A DNA stretch of 64,000 nucleotides from Curvularia clavata (Eukaryota): the NCBI GenBank assembly GCA_023920165.1, contig CP089281.1, positions 1,240,001-1,304,000 of the forward strand, read 5' to 3'. Shown in pieces: positions 49,623 to 62,855 of the stretch. The translations under genes and the position numbers were made by a program. Each line of letters begins with the position of its first letter. Positions within the stretch are counted from its first letter, which is position 1. Below the pieces are notes generated by a model that was not told the DNA's origin, did no database searches, and saw only the letters and a program-made list of their open reading frames with translations.

Positions 49623-50889
49623 ATGGACGCTGAACATTTTACGTCTCCCAAGCGGGAGTTTCCCAAGAAGAAGTGCGGTATGTTAACTGTTGCCTCGTAT
49701 AACGAAACAATCGACTGACTCTGTCGCAGGCGTGCTCGGCGCAACTGGCTCGGTCGGCCAGCGCTTCATTCTTCTCCTTGCGCTTCACCCACACTTTGAG
49801 CTACATGCCGTCGGTGCCTCGGAGCGATCGGCTGGTAAAAAGTACAAGGATGCTGTCAAGTGGAAGCAAGCATTGCCATACTCTGAGCGCATTGGAGAAT
49901 TAGTAGTGAAGAAATGCACACCGGAAGAGTTCAAGGACTGCGACATGGTCTTTTCTGGGCTCGACAGCGATGTTGCCGGAGACGTTGGTATGCATTCCAC
50001 TCAAGATGTCTTGGATGACAATTAACTTTTTTTTGCATAGAAATGGCTTTTCTTAAGGCCAATCTCGCCGTCTTCTCCAACGCAAAGAACTACCGTCGCG
50101 ATCCCCTTGTCCCACTCGTCGTTCCTACAGTAAACCTCCCACATCTCGATGTCATCAAGCACCAGCGACAGCACCACAAGTTGGAAAAGGGCTTCCTGGT
50201 TTGCAATTCCAACTGTGCCGTCATCGGCATCGTCATTCCATTCGCCGCGCTGCAAGATAAATTCGGTCCCGTGGATCAAGTCTCCGTCGTCACCATGCAG
50301 GCCGTCTCTGGCGCCGGGTACCCGGGTGTCAGCAGCATGGACATCATCGACAACGTGGTGCCCTTTATTTCGGGTGAGGAAGACAAGCTCGAGACGGAGG
50401 CATCGAAGATCCTGGGTAGCGTCAACGAGGGCGTCACAGGCTTCGTCGATCAGCCTATGAAGATCTCCGCCGCGTGCAATCGCGTGCCGGTCCTAGATGG
50501 GCACACTGCATGCGTATCGCTGCGGTTCCAGCGCCGCCCACCACCCAGCGCAGAGGAGGTCAAGCAAGCGATGCGCGACTATGTTTCTGACGCGCAGAAG
50601 CTGGGTTGTCCGTCTGCACCTAAGAAGGCGATTGCGGTCATGGATGAGCCAGATAGGCCGCAGCCGAGACTGGATAGAGAGACGGATAGGGGTTACACGG
50701 TTAGTGTGGGCAGAATAAGAGAGGATGAGTCTGGTATCTTTGATATCAAGTTTGTTGCTCTGAGCCATAATAGTAAGTTTACCCGACGTTGTGTGATTGA
50801 GACGATGCTAACTATGTGCAGCGGTTATCGGAGCGGCAGGTTCGTCCATCCTTAATGCGGAGGCGGCGGTGCTGAAGGGATATGCATAG
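49623..50889 (+). CDS. HOM2: Aspartate-semialdehyde dehydrogenase
   Basis: [13 protein letters not shown], catalytic [32 protein letters not shown]. Introns 49678-49729, 49988-50040, 50773-50821. Confidence 0.96.
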
Positions 50890-51317
50890 ACTGGAAACAA
50901 AAACAATGTTGTAGAATTGAAATGAACAAGAACTTTTGAACCAGACTATCACTTGAATGGGGAGAGATTTTAGTACGTGTTGCAAGACTGATTCTCAGCA
51001 GGGTATATGCGGCAATGGGGCTGCGCAAAGGTCAGCGTATGAGTGTATGCATCTGGGTATTTTGGTATATGTGTCGCAGGGAAATAACATCCATTCCAAA
51101 ATCTATTATTACATCCAATTCTTTTAACAAGAAAAAGATGTGCCCGCGTTCCATCTTCCATGCGCATGTTCTGTCGCGGCGCTAGTCTTGGCGGGGCGCT
51201 AGTGCTCGGTTAGCACACGGCGCTAGCGATGGAATTTGATCAATTCTTCGAACCTCGATTTCTTACCTTGACAGGACCTCCGACAACCTCGACGACTAAC
51301 CTCACAACACAGTCAAA

Positions 51318-52369
51318 ATGGCGCGTGGACCCGTTAAGCACCAGAAGCGCCTCAGCGCGCCCTCGCACTGGCTCTTGGACAAGCTGTCCGGTACGCTCGA
51401 CTCCCCGCAGCCCGCAGATGGGCATGGCAGCAAAGCCAACAACACGACAAGAAGGAAAATTGACATTTCGCAGGTGCCTACGCCCCCAAGGCGTCGCCCG
51501 GTCCTCACAAGCTCCGTGACTCGCTCCCCCTTATCATCTTCCTCCGCAACCGCCTCAAGTATGCGCTCAACGCCCGTGAGGTCAACTCGATCCTCATGCA
51601 GCGCCTGGTCAAGGTCGACGGCAAGGTCCGCACCGACAGCACCTTCCCCACTGGTCTGATGGACGTCATCACCATTGAGAAGACTGGCGAGAACTTCCGT
51701 CTGATCTACGACACCAAGGGCCGCTTCACCGTCCACAGGATAACAGACGAGGAGGCGCAGTACAAGCTCGGCAAGGTCAAGCGTGTCCAGCTTGGAAAGG
51801 GCGGAATTCCCTACTTGGTTACGCACGATGCGCGAACGTAAGTTCTCGCCTCTATCAGCCGTTGGACCATAGTGTGGGCTAGGTGCTTGGAGGGAAACCT
51901 TCATTCACCAGGCATACGACCAGGGTCTGGCTATGTCCGAATTGCTGCTAAACATTTTGTGTAGGATCCGCTACCCCGACCCCGCCATCAAGGTCAACGA
52001 CACCGTCAAGGTCGACCTGTCCACTGGCAAGATCTCCGACTTCATCAAGTTCGATACCGGTGTCATTGTCATGGTCACTGGTGGTCGTAACATGGGTCGT
52101 GTTGGTGTCATCACCCACCGTGAGCGCCACGACGGAGGCTTCAACATTGTCCACATCAAGGACGCTGTTGACAACGAGTTCACCACTCGTGAGTCCAACG
52201 TCATGTAAGTTGCGATGATTCTGGGAGTAAAATGAACGAGGACTAACGAGGTACTAGTATCATCGGAAAGGAGAAGCCCTGGATCTCTCTGCCCAAGGGC
52301 AAGGGTGTCAAGCTCTCGATTGCCGAGGAGCGTGACCGCCGCAGGGCCTACGCCCTTGCTGGTCACTAA
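51318..52369 (+). CDS. RPS4: 40S ribosomal protein S4 (eS4)
   Basis: [68 protein letters not shown]. Introns 51391-51473, 51838-51964, 52205-52257. Confidence 0.98.
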
Positions 52370-53810
52370 ATGTGACGAGGCGGGCGCAGGAGTAGGTTAG
52401 CATATGAAGTACCCATGAATTCATGAGCATTGGTGCAGGACTCGGAACCTCCAAAAAAACGGCGTTCGTGATTCCTTGTGGGGAGGTTGACGGGGATCTG
52501 GCGTAACTGCTTATCATACGAATACCAGTGGTGCGACGGAGAATCAAGCAAATAAAGACTTTGAGCCGCCTGTGTTGAACCCATCGTGAAGCATTTGTGA
52601 GACGGAATAGTTTGTGCAAAAGCAAAAGCAAAGACGGTGGATTAGTCAGGCCAGAGCCAAGAGAAATAGATGGTGTTTGCATGTGTACTGTGTATATGGC
52701 ATGTCCCAGTTGGTGGCGCCCGGAAGCTGACGTCCGGGGGGCTGGAGATGGTGCCGAGAGATCAGAGTGGATGATTAGCGGTTGATAAGGCCCGCCTAAC
52801 TTGATTCGGGAGAAGGCATTGTGATTGCGATGGAAAGCGGACGGGGGCTGGGGGGGATTGAGCCGGCGGCGAGAGGAACTGGTACGATGTTGTACGGCTT
52901 CGAGGCGGCAGTGGTTGTTTTGCCTCAGAACCAGGCAATGGAGGCTCTGCGCGTTTCAGACGGGCACCGTGTTTGAAGCCCTCTTGGTCGTGGTGCCTGG
53001 CCGATCGCTCTGGGGCCGTGCGAGTAGCCGAGATGAGACAGTGGCCATCCTTGCCAGATGTCGGGACAATGGCGAATGGGACCTGACAATGCCATGATTG
53101 CGCCGACGACCAGGGCAGGGAAAGACAGTCAGTTTCTGCAGCGCGAAGCCATGGGGACATCCAGGGGCGGCGCGATATCAGCAGACTGGACTTTGACACG
53201 ACGCGCTCAAGTTGGCTGCTTTCCAAGGACACGACTATTACTCTACTTGTGCGCCGGTTCCTAGTCACGTCACGATTCTCGCCGTGTGGTTTGACGGCTG
53301 GATAGCGTGCCGCACTCCAAGCCCCCAACGTTCGCGTGCGCCCTGGGTTGCCGTTGGCACTATTGGCTGTCGTCCCGCTTGGTACCGTTGCAGGTTCCCA
53401 GTTGTTGCTGCTTGCAGCTTTGGCTCTCCAGCCTCCACCCACCCTCTACCTAACCTCACCACGCACGCTTCCCCGCAACCGAAACTGCTCGCGACCGCCA
53501 ATCCCTCCACCCGCTGAGCCTCTTCGACGGCTAAGCCTTGCTGCGTCGTCCTCGTCAAGGCTTCAATGACACTGCAGGCATCCCCCGTGCATCCTCACTC
53601 GTCACTCGTTTCACAACGGACCCATCCGCGCATACACCCGTCTTCCACTGCGCCCGCAACCACGACGCCTGCCCACTCTCCATAGTCACGCGCACATAAT
53701 CGCCCACCCTCGACTCGACTTCCAACCTTCCCATCGCCCAGTCTCGACAGCCGGTCGCTGGCGGCCCGGAATCCCACTGCGGTCCTTGACGCCGCTCGTC
53801 TTCGCCCACC

Positions 53811-56039
53811 ATGTTGCGTCCGGCTACCCCTTTGTCCATTCTCTTCTTCGCCGCCTTCGTCCTGCTGCTGCTCTCGACACTGTCGACACCGCTGATTAAG
53901 AGCATCCCACTTGCTACCTACCGCGGCGTCCACTTCGGTGTCTTGGGCTACTGCGAAAATGGCGACTCGGGGTGCAAAGGACCCATGATCGGGTACAACA
54001 CCGGTACGTTGTGGGCGACATTACACGTGGGGTCCATGTTGCAATGTCATACTGACACGTGAATCACAGAGAAACTATTCCAGGGTGAGCAGAGCTCCGA
54101 CTTTTCGCTGCCTTCGGCCCAGCGACACGCCTTGTCCTCGATCCTGATTGTACACCCCGTTGCGGCCTTGATGACACTGATTTGCTTTGGTCTCTCGGTT
54201 GCTGCTCACTTTCACTCGCCTGCCCATTCACCGCGCTACCTGCTCGCTCTGCTCATATTTACCTTTCCCACTCTGCTCGTCTCTCTGCTCGCTTTCCTTG
54301 TCGACATTCTGCTCTTTGTTCCGCATGTGGGCTGGGGAGGATGGATTGTGCTAGGTGCTACCATTATCATTGTCGCAAGCGGAATCGTGACATGCGCCAT
54401 GAGGCGTACGCTCGTCAGTCGCAAGGCGAGGAAGCGGCGCATTGCTGAAAACGACGAGATGAACGGCCAGGCGTACTATGCCAATCGCGCAAACGCAACC
54501 GTGACTGAGTATCCCAAGGCTGAATCCCCGCCTCCGCTTTCTGGCGACACCATGACTGGCATGAAAACGGATGGCAGCGCAGCCTATTTTGATTCTTCCA
54601 AGATGTCCCCCACAGACGACATGGTGCCCTTGAACCAACGCAACCCTTCGCTCAAGACGGTGAGCAGTGCTGGTGGCACGGGTCCAGACGTCATGGGCTC
54701 GCCGAATCGCGGTCCCTCTGGCCGTAGACAGCCAGTGGACCAATACGGAAACCCTCTGCCACCTATGCCCAATGATGGTTTTGCTATGATGAATGGCGCC
54801 CCCCGCGGAAGAGGAGGGCCATACAGAGGAAGAGGAGGACCACCGCCACGAGGCGGGCCGTATGGAGGCCCAAGAGGAGGTGGATATGGTGGTCCAAGAG
54901 GAGGCATGCGGGGCCCTCCTCCACCAGGTTGGAACGGTAATGGACGTGGTGGACGGCCTCCAAATGGCGTGCCTATGGGTCGTGGTGCTCCTCCTCCGGG
55001 ATACAACAATAACCAGTTCTACAACCAAGGACCACCTCCACGTGAGCCATCGCCGTATGGTCGAGGCCCGCCGCCTGGTCCCATGCCATCAATGCCCATT
55101 GGTCAAGCGATTGAGATGGACAACCGCACAGGTACACCCGCAGGCAACTATGGACTAAGGGAGAGTGACGGCGATGTCGCCGGTATGCTTGCTCTCCAAC
55201 AAAACGGTACTTTCCCGGCTGGTGCTCCTCAGAGGCGATCTCCAGGTCCAGAGATTATGAGCCCGACCAGCGAGTACTCGACAAAGTAAGAATCTTTTAC
55301 CACAGACCTTGAAACGGGCTTTCTAACGTCAAACAGTGAACCACCGCAGCAGTTCGTCCCCGCGCGAGCAAACTGGAACCAGCAAAATATGACTTCCGAC
55401 CATACCCTCAACACCCTGAATCACAGCAACAGCAGTCGTGGTCTCTCGCCAATCCAGGATTCGCCCGTTCAAACGCCTGCCCAGCTGGCTACAGTTGACC
55501 CAGCCCCCAGGCGAGAGCGAAGTTCAGATTATTATGAAGATGTCGACCCCAGATTTGCAGAGCCCGTACAAACCCAGGCACCTCCACCAGTACCAACAAC
55601 ATTGATGCCAGGTGGCTTTGCGCCCCCGAACCCTGGCTTCCTTACTACGAACAATCTGAGTGATCCCAACCTTCCTCGCACCAGCTCTTATGACGACCTA
55701 CCAGATGGCTCGCGTTCCCCTGCCGCTAGCGAAGCGTCACACTTCACCTCTGTCTCCCAACGCCCGATCAACCCGAACTGGCGGCCAGAGATGGGTGCCG
55801 CTGCAGGCCAATTTGGTCCTTACCCCGGCGGACCCGGTCCCCGGCGACCTATGCGGCAAGGAGACGTTATTCTAGAAGCCAATGCCGACAACCCAGACTT
55901 TGTGCTCCCAGGTGCCGGACGAGGACGCGGCCGAGGTCGAGGCGGTGGCGGCGGCAGAGGAAGAGGTGGACCCCCCATGCCACCTGCGATACCCGGCATG
56001 TCAAACCAGTCAAGATATCCTGGTGGCAATGCCATGTAG
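53811..56039 (+). CDS. palI: pH-response membrane protein PalI/Rim9 (SUR7 family), long-tail form
   Basis: RPATPLSILFFAAFVLLLLSTLSTP, FGVLGYC..C, LIVHPVAA, LLAFLVDILLFVPH, MRRTLVSRKARKRRIAEN. Introns 54004-54069 and 55286-55336. Confidence 0.92.
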
Positions 56040-58724
56040 TGTGGCTACCTGAATGTGCTTGAAGAAAGGGGGTGATTTTGTTCTGCGCCTCTTTCTCTCT
56101 CTTTCGGTCACACTCTCTTCGGTGTACAAATATTCCCGTTGTGTGTCGTCATCAGCATTCATCAGCATCAGCATCCCCTTTTACGAACAACAGGGGAGTT
56201 TGGCCCATTCCATTTTTTTTTTCTCGTTCGTCTTCTCCTTCTTTCTTCTCTGGGCCTACTCCTCAGCGATAAGTTAATTTCTAGTCGAGTCTCTCATATC
56301 CCCCTGCTGGGGGTTTGTCAGTATCCATTCACAGAAGAAATGGTTCGCTGGCAAAAGGTTCCTGGGATGTTCTTCTTCTTCCTTCACACATGTCGTCATG
56401 GTGGTCGATATACCCTTTCCCGTCTTTCCTTTTTTTTTTCTCTTTTTCTTTGCCTCATGAATACACATATGCGGGAGAGCCCTACTTATATCTGGGTTTT
56501 CGCGAGACATCTTCCTTTTTTTTTCTTTTTCTTTTCTCTTTCAAGTCGTCTTTACCTTGAAGAAGAGAGCAAGTAGATGCATATTTTGGAATGGCTTTCT
56601 GGTGGTTGGTTTGTCGTCGATTTATCTGTCTATGTTTTCTCGAGCGAGAGAGCGAGAATGGGAAACAAGTAACAAGCGAGCGAGTAAACGAGCTCTTTCT
56701 TCTTTTTATGGCTCTCCAGACAATTATGGGTAGCTTTTGGAAGTTGTTCAGACAGGGCAGAAACAGAAGCGAGGGGAGAGAGAGTTGGAGGCTTGCAAAA
56801 ATGTACAAAGCTTCGTTTTTGTTTCCGTGGTGCGCTTTTCTCTTTTCTTTTTCTGACTGTGGAAATCATTGGAGAATGGCTTTGAGGGTTTTTTTTTTTG
56901 TGTGAATGTATCCTGCGCAGAGTATAAATGTAGGAAAGCAGGAAAGTAGGAAATACCTAAGTAACAGGCAATATGAATGAGTTTGAAAGTAATAATGTGA
57001 GCATATCATGTGACTGAGATATCATTTGTTTTAATACTTTTGTTCCTACAAGTTGAATGACCCAGAAAGGCTTGATCTCCACCATGGAATACTGTGGTAC
57101 AACAACAGCAGCCTATACGCCCGGGCCACACACGCCTACACTAACACCAAGACACCATTTTCAGCTCAATAAAATAATGGGTTCACAACAGGCGTTGATA
57201 TCGGTCATACGCTTGCATCCCACTCGTGCCTGCATTCTTCTCTGCGCGTGAATTTTCAGAATCTCCTTAGTTATCGGACACCTGCTCGGTGGCGCATGCA
57301 CACATCCCCAACCACTGTGCTATCTCCCGAACGCTTGCAGAGTTTTCCGTCGGATGTGAGCCAGCAACAACGGGCAATGATAGATTGTGATGGGCGCGTG
57401 GGCATATGCCACTCCGCGGTACGAATTTCACCGAGTAACAGAGGTCATGTTGCTTGCCCACCTTTTCCCCAGACACTGCAGTCGGAGAAGAGCACCTTTG
57501 AGCTTGGCATTACTCAATCGCGCAACTTTAGAAGGCCATTCTGTGCTCCCACCTCCACCCGCCACCCGTGCCCCAGATTCTTTACCCCAGAAAATCAGAC
57601 AAATCATGCGGCATGCATAACACACACGCGGGCGGGGTAAGAACAAAGAGGGCGCCTTTTTAGGTGCGAATCCATTGGGGTCGAGGCTGCACAAAGCCTC
57701 GATTGGTGCCGCTGCCCTCGTCTCGGTGCACGAAACGGAACACAAGCTTTATTGGCTAGAAGCGCTTTCGAGAAGCACCGGGAGAATGATACCGCTGCAG
57801 CTCACAAGGCACACAGGGAAGAAAAATTGGTTATCAGAGTCTAGCAAGCAGTGCAGTAGTGCGTGTTGGCCAAGCAGATTGGCAGCAGAGCCGCTCGCAC
57901 TGCATGGAAGATGACGACGCTGTAGATAGCAACAACCGGCCTTATCGCGAGGGCTATCTCGAGAGATAACTGCCCACGTCTGAGTCTTCGCTCAACGCTC
58001 GTGCTGTAGTATTGATATGCGCGGCTCGGTCTGGGCCACCGACTCCGACATCGTCATGGGGTATGCACGCAGACGTGGCGTTATCTTGGACTCAGTTATC
58101 GTGAAGCAAGATGATGCTGCTAGTGGAGCTAGCCCTTCCACAACTAAACCCCAACCAGCCATGCCATCCACTCGTTCCCTCCCACCTCTTTATGCTTGTG
58201 GGGTAGCCTGTACAACTCGCTATCGCCGACGCCTCAACATGCCCATGCTGCTTTTCCAGCAACATGTCCCTTGGCCAGCCTGGCAGCAGAATGGGTTCCA
58301 CGAGACGCGCATCGGCAATCCATCAACTGTCCAACTTTTCCGCTCAACGGGCGTCCTCCCATAGACGGGTTTACAAGACCAACAAGACTGGCATACTGCC
58401 TCAAGTCGGCCAATGAGCCGCGCCCTGATGCATCACAAGAAGAGCCGAATCTCGGAATCTAGGATGACACGCCCTGCATCACCCACACCAGTGCAGTGCG
58501 ACGTTTTTATCAGCAGCTATCCTGGCCAGCCCCTAGCCGAGTGATAGGCGAAGGAACCATATCGCCTTGTGTCATGGGTCCGTCACGCGCATACAAGTGC
58601 CCTATCCGCAACTCATGGGATCCGCATTTTAAGTCCTATTGCCTTCGCACCGGAAATCTCACCCCATTGTCGTTTGACATTCCCTGCCCTTTTCTCTGTA
58701 CTACGCCACCCTGCACTATACATC

Positions 58725-60901
58725 ATGTCTGCTTCGGCCCAAGACAAGGTATTGGCAAGAGATCTGAAGGCTAAGAAGACAAAGTCCAGAAACGGATGTG
58801 GCCGCTGCAAGCTCAAGAGGGTACAGTCTCACCGCCCACCATCCATCCCCACTTCAACGCATGTTGACAAAAACTAAAGCTCAAATGTGACGAGACGGCT
58901 CCTGGCTGCTTGCAATGCAAGAAGAGGAACGTCCCTTGCCCTGGATACGAGAAGACGCTCAAGTGGTCGACAAAGTACGAAGTCTTTACGCCTCCCAAGT
59001 CGGCCGTTGCCAAGTCAAGCAAGCTCCACACCACATCACATACCGTGACCAAGTCATCACTGCCTCAGAACGTCGCCAGCGGCATCGAGGCGTTGGCTGC
59101 AGTGCTCCCTGCAGGCAGGAAGAACACCTCCAGTACCTCTACCACTACTACCCAACAGGCTCCCACAACACAGACTTCATCAGCAGTCCCATCCCCACCA
59201 AGTTTTGAGGAACCAACATCAACCCAAGAATCATCTACCGAAGATGGCGACTCTCCACGAGAATACGAGCCCTTTCCAATGGAGGATGTCAACACTACGG
59301 ACCCCGTCATGTTTGATGGCTTTGTCGATGCCATCCATCTTCCACACGAGGACTTTAGCTTTGATCCCTTTGAGAACATTGACTTTGAGTCTGGCTCGCT
59401 AGACGATATGACCTTTGACATCCACGACTTGTCGTCCCAGAAACAGGACGTCACTTCCACATCGATGCCATTGATGGACCGGGACTCGACCCGGGAGTCT
59501 AGCCCTAGGCTCTCACGTTCCTTGCTTCTTGATTTGTACCGTCTTCCCAGCCCTTCTCCTAGCCCGTCATCGTCTGACGATGTCGAGTCTCTTCTTGTCC
59601 AGCATTACTTCAAGGACGTCTGTGCTATATTTTCTTCTTTCGATTCTCCTCTGAACCCTTTTCGAACTACTATTGGCCGCATCTACAAGGATTCCCCGTC
59701 TATCAACTACGCGATCCAGTCCATGGCTGCGGCTCACTTGGCTAATACCTTTCCCAATATGGCGGCTACAGGCATCGAGTTGCAGCGCAAGGCTCGCGAG
59801 GCACTCGAGGCTGAGCTCCCTCTTGCTCACAGTGGTCAGACGAGTGCTACCAAGACCTTCTTGAGTATTATGCTGCTCGGTCTTACCACTTCCTGGCACG
59901 ACAGTAGTGCGCTTGGCCTCGAGTACCTCTCTACTGCAAGGGACCTGATTCTACCCAAGCTGTTCAGTCGATCCCGTGGCGCAGAGGTGGAGCGCGAGGC
60001 GCAGTTTTTCGAGGAGTCTTTGATCTACTGGGAGATGCTCATGGGCTTCGTGACCGAAGATGCGATGAGCTTCTCTCCCAAGTCAGGACTGCGACCTAGC
60101 CTCAGCTCGAGGAAAAACGCCCCAGCTGCACGTGGCCCCAACGGCAAGACTGTTCCCCACCCCTGGACAGGCATTGCGCCCATGATTCACTTCTTGTTTG
60201 CAGAGGTTGGCCGCCTGGTCCGCAAGGAACGTTCAATGGACCGCGAGTCCTCCATGGATCTTCGTCGACGACAAGAGAACCTGCAGAACGCTGCCTCCTT
60301 GGAAGAGGATCTCCTTGCTGCAGACTGCCCGTCTGTTGACGATGTGATTGATTATGGTGATGAACGTACCCCCAAGGAGCACTTTGTCACTATTGCCGAA
60401 GCCTACCGCCTTGCCGGCCTATTGGAGATCTACCGCGTCTTCCCCTCTATTCTGCGCAAGCGTCTGGGCTCTGATAGTTCCAAAGGTACTGAGGGAGTTG
60501 ACTTTCAGTTCCCCACACCGCGCTTCGAGACTCCGTTTGAGGATACCGATATGAAGCTGTGGCTCAACTCACTTGCCATGCACATCATCAGGTCTCTTGA
60601 GTCGGTGCCTTCTTCGTCAGGAACCTTTTGCATCCAGCCGCTGATCCTTGTCGTTGCTGCGTCTGAGCTTCGATTCGTCTCGTCAGTCGACTTCTTCGAT
60701 GTCCATGCCAACGATGCTGAGGTCGTCTCTGCGCGAGAGTTTGTCATCAGGCGCCTGCAAGAGTTTGCGCTTAGGCTGCCTAACAAGCCCCTTCGCACAA
60801 TGATCCAGCTCCTCAAGGAGACATGGCGTCAGTCCGACGAGGGTCGCGAGGCCTTCTGGATTGACGTCATGAACGAGAAGGGCTACCACACCATCATGTG
60901 A
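58725..60901 (+). CDS. Zn(II)2Cys6 transcription factor with fungal-specific TF domain
   Basis: KSRNGCGRCKLKR-LKCDETAPGCLQCKKRNVPCPGY across intron 58821-58879; LVQHYF..FDSPLNPFR, PHPWTG, AEAYRLAGLLEIYRVFP. Confidence 0.93.
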
Positions 60902-62855
60902 TGTGTTGGTTGTCAGACTTGTTCTTCCTTCCTAGACCTACCAGCCTTACCAAAAGCTTTACACCTTTGTTTGTTCTACGACACATTTTACGACATACAT
61001 TAGCGTTTTATCTGGACCTGGCGTTTACCTACCAACGGCGTTCGACAATTTGTTTTAGAATTTCTGCACGCCATCTACAACCTTCCGGGAAAGATCTCGG
61101 TTGGATCTCGTTCCCATCACGACACACTTTTCGATACGAAAGTACTCTTCTTAATGTACGGCTTCCACCAATACCCTCTCGGTTCAACATCCCGGTGATG
61201 TGAGAAACAATGTGGACACCACTACCTCGACCATAAAATATTTTACGACATGCTACGATACCTCCCAAAACACGCCCAAGCGATCAACCCTATTGCGACA
61301 ATATACCACTTTAGACGAAATGCCTACTGCGATAATACCTAATGCTGGCACCTCGCGCCCATACCTGGACATGCCCTGCCACAAACAAAGAGAGCAACAC
61401 TTCGACGTTACCCTTCTGCGACCTCATTAGACCCTTCTTTCCCATTTTGTTACGATACCCCCATCCCATGCGCTGCGATCAGCCCCACTGCGAAAAAAAA
61501 CCAAGCCCTGGACCCAAGCCGCCCCAAACCACCATTTCCTGGAGCAGCTACCCTACCATGGCCCCATTGAATCCCGAGAGAGAGAGCCGCACAAATAGAG
61601 AGGTAAATACCCCCACCGACATCTATTCCAAGATGCCCATAGCGACAATCCCGAGCGACTACTTTATTCCAAGTACCTCTCTCTTATCCATGTCCCCTCC
61701 TCTCTATCCATGCGACCAAGCAAACCCTGTTTTTTTTCTTCTATTGCCGGAGAAGACCAAGCGACAATCTTAATCTGTACATCCCGCGGTTCATGTTTGC
61801 CGCTGAAACAGTACCCTATGCGAAACTTCTGGATGTTATAAAGGTGAGGTAGTGTATGTATGGTTTCTTGTTACATCTTTCTCCTAGTCCCCCTTTTTTG
61901 GTCTCGTACATCGCTTCGCTGCTTTGTAGTTGCGCGGTGGCTGGTAGGTAAGTAGGTGGGTTGAGATGGAAAAGGTAAGTAGAGAGGTAAGTAGATGGTG
62001 CTTTGGGCGGGCGAAGTAAATTTTTGCGACGTTCCTCTCCTTTTCCCACAGAAGGGTGTTTTCTTATCCTGCACACTTTTTTGGTTTTGCTGCTTAGCGT
62101 GCGGGGTATGTGTGCTTTTACAAAGGAGATTGTTATCTTGCTTCACTTTCTTCTTTTTTTCTGGTGTTCACGCAGGAGATGCGGGGTTCTTTGGCCAGAA
62201 CGGCTATTGGATGCCAGGTGTAGATAGATGGTGCGCTCGTCCCTTTCTTTCTTTCCTTCCTTGTTCCTCGTCGTTTTTTATGCCCTCGCGTTCACTGTGC
62301 GAGTTTTCCTTCCACGTTCGTTCCTTTTATCGTGATATCCCCATACCCTAAATGACTTTTTTTCCCTCTTACTCAAGCCCTTTTATGTAGAGTAGTGTAG
62401 CCTAGTTTAGCTCTTAACCCACATGCAGCAGATACCGAGGAGCAAGAAGAGGACAAGCAGTCCTGCATGCAAGAAAGGATACCGCAGACGCCACGGGGCC
62501 TACTTGGATAAAACCTCGAGGCCTTAAGCGCTGGCATTTGCTATGGCTAGGTATGTATCGTTGCTCAGTAGAAAATACTCATGCGGATAAAACTGCACAG
62601 CTAGTCATTTCTCCGCTCTTCTCATATCCATCACGCCACCTTATCTAGTTGCGCATTTCCCATCCAATAGTAAAACAATACCAAAGAAAAATCACGCCAT
62701 TCACTCTTTTCTTCCTTTGCACTTTCTACTTTCCAATAACAGATAACCATTTCATAACTGTGTATTCAGTCGGGTATTCATTTACATATGTACAACAAAG
62801 AAAAAACCAAACAATGGTAACAAGGAAATCGCTTTCTCTTTTTTTTTTCCTTTTC

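Noticed and set aside
56040..57000. Hydrophobic or Lys-rich short ORFs in T-rich tracts (also about 61800-62850)
   Set aside because: Low-complexity poly-T/CT sequence in 3' UTR or intergenic DNA.
39465..60901. Secondary-metabolite cluster around the monooxygenase and Zn2Cys6 factor
   Set aside because: No PKS, NRPS or terpene synthase backbone, and the intervening genes are housekeeping.
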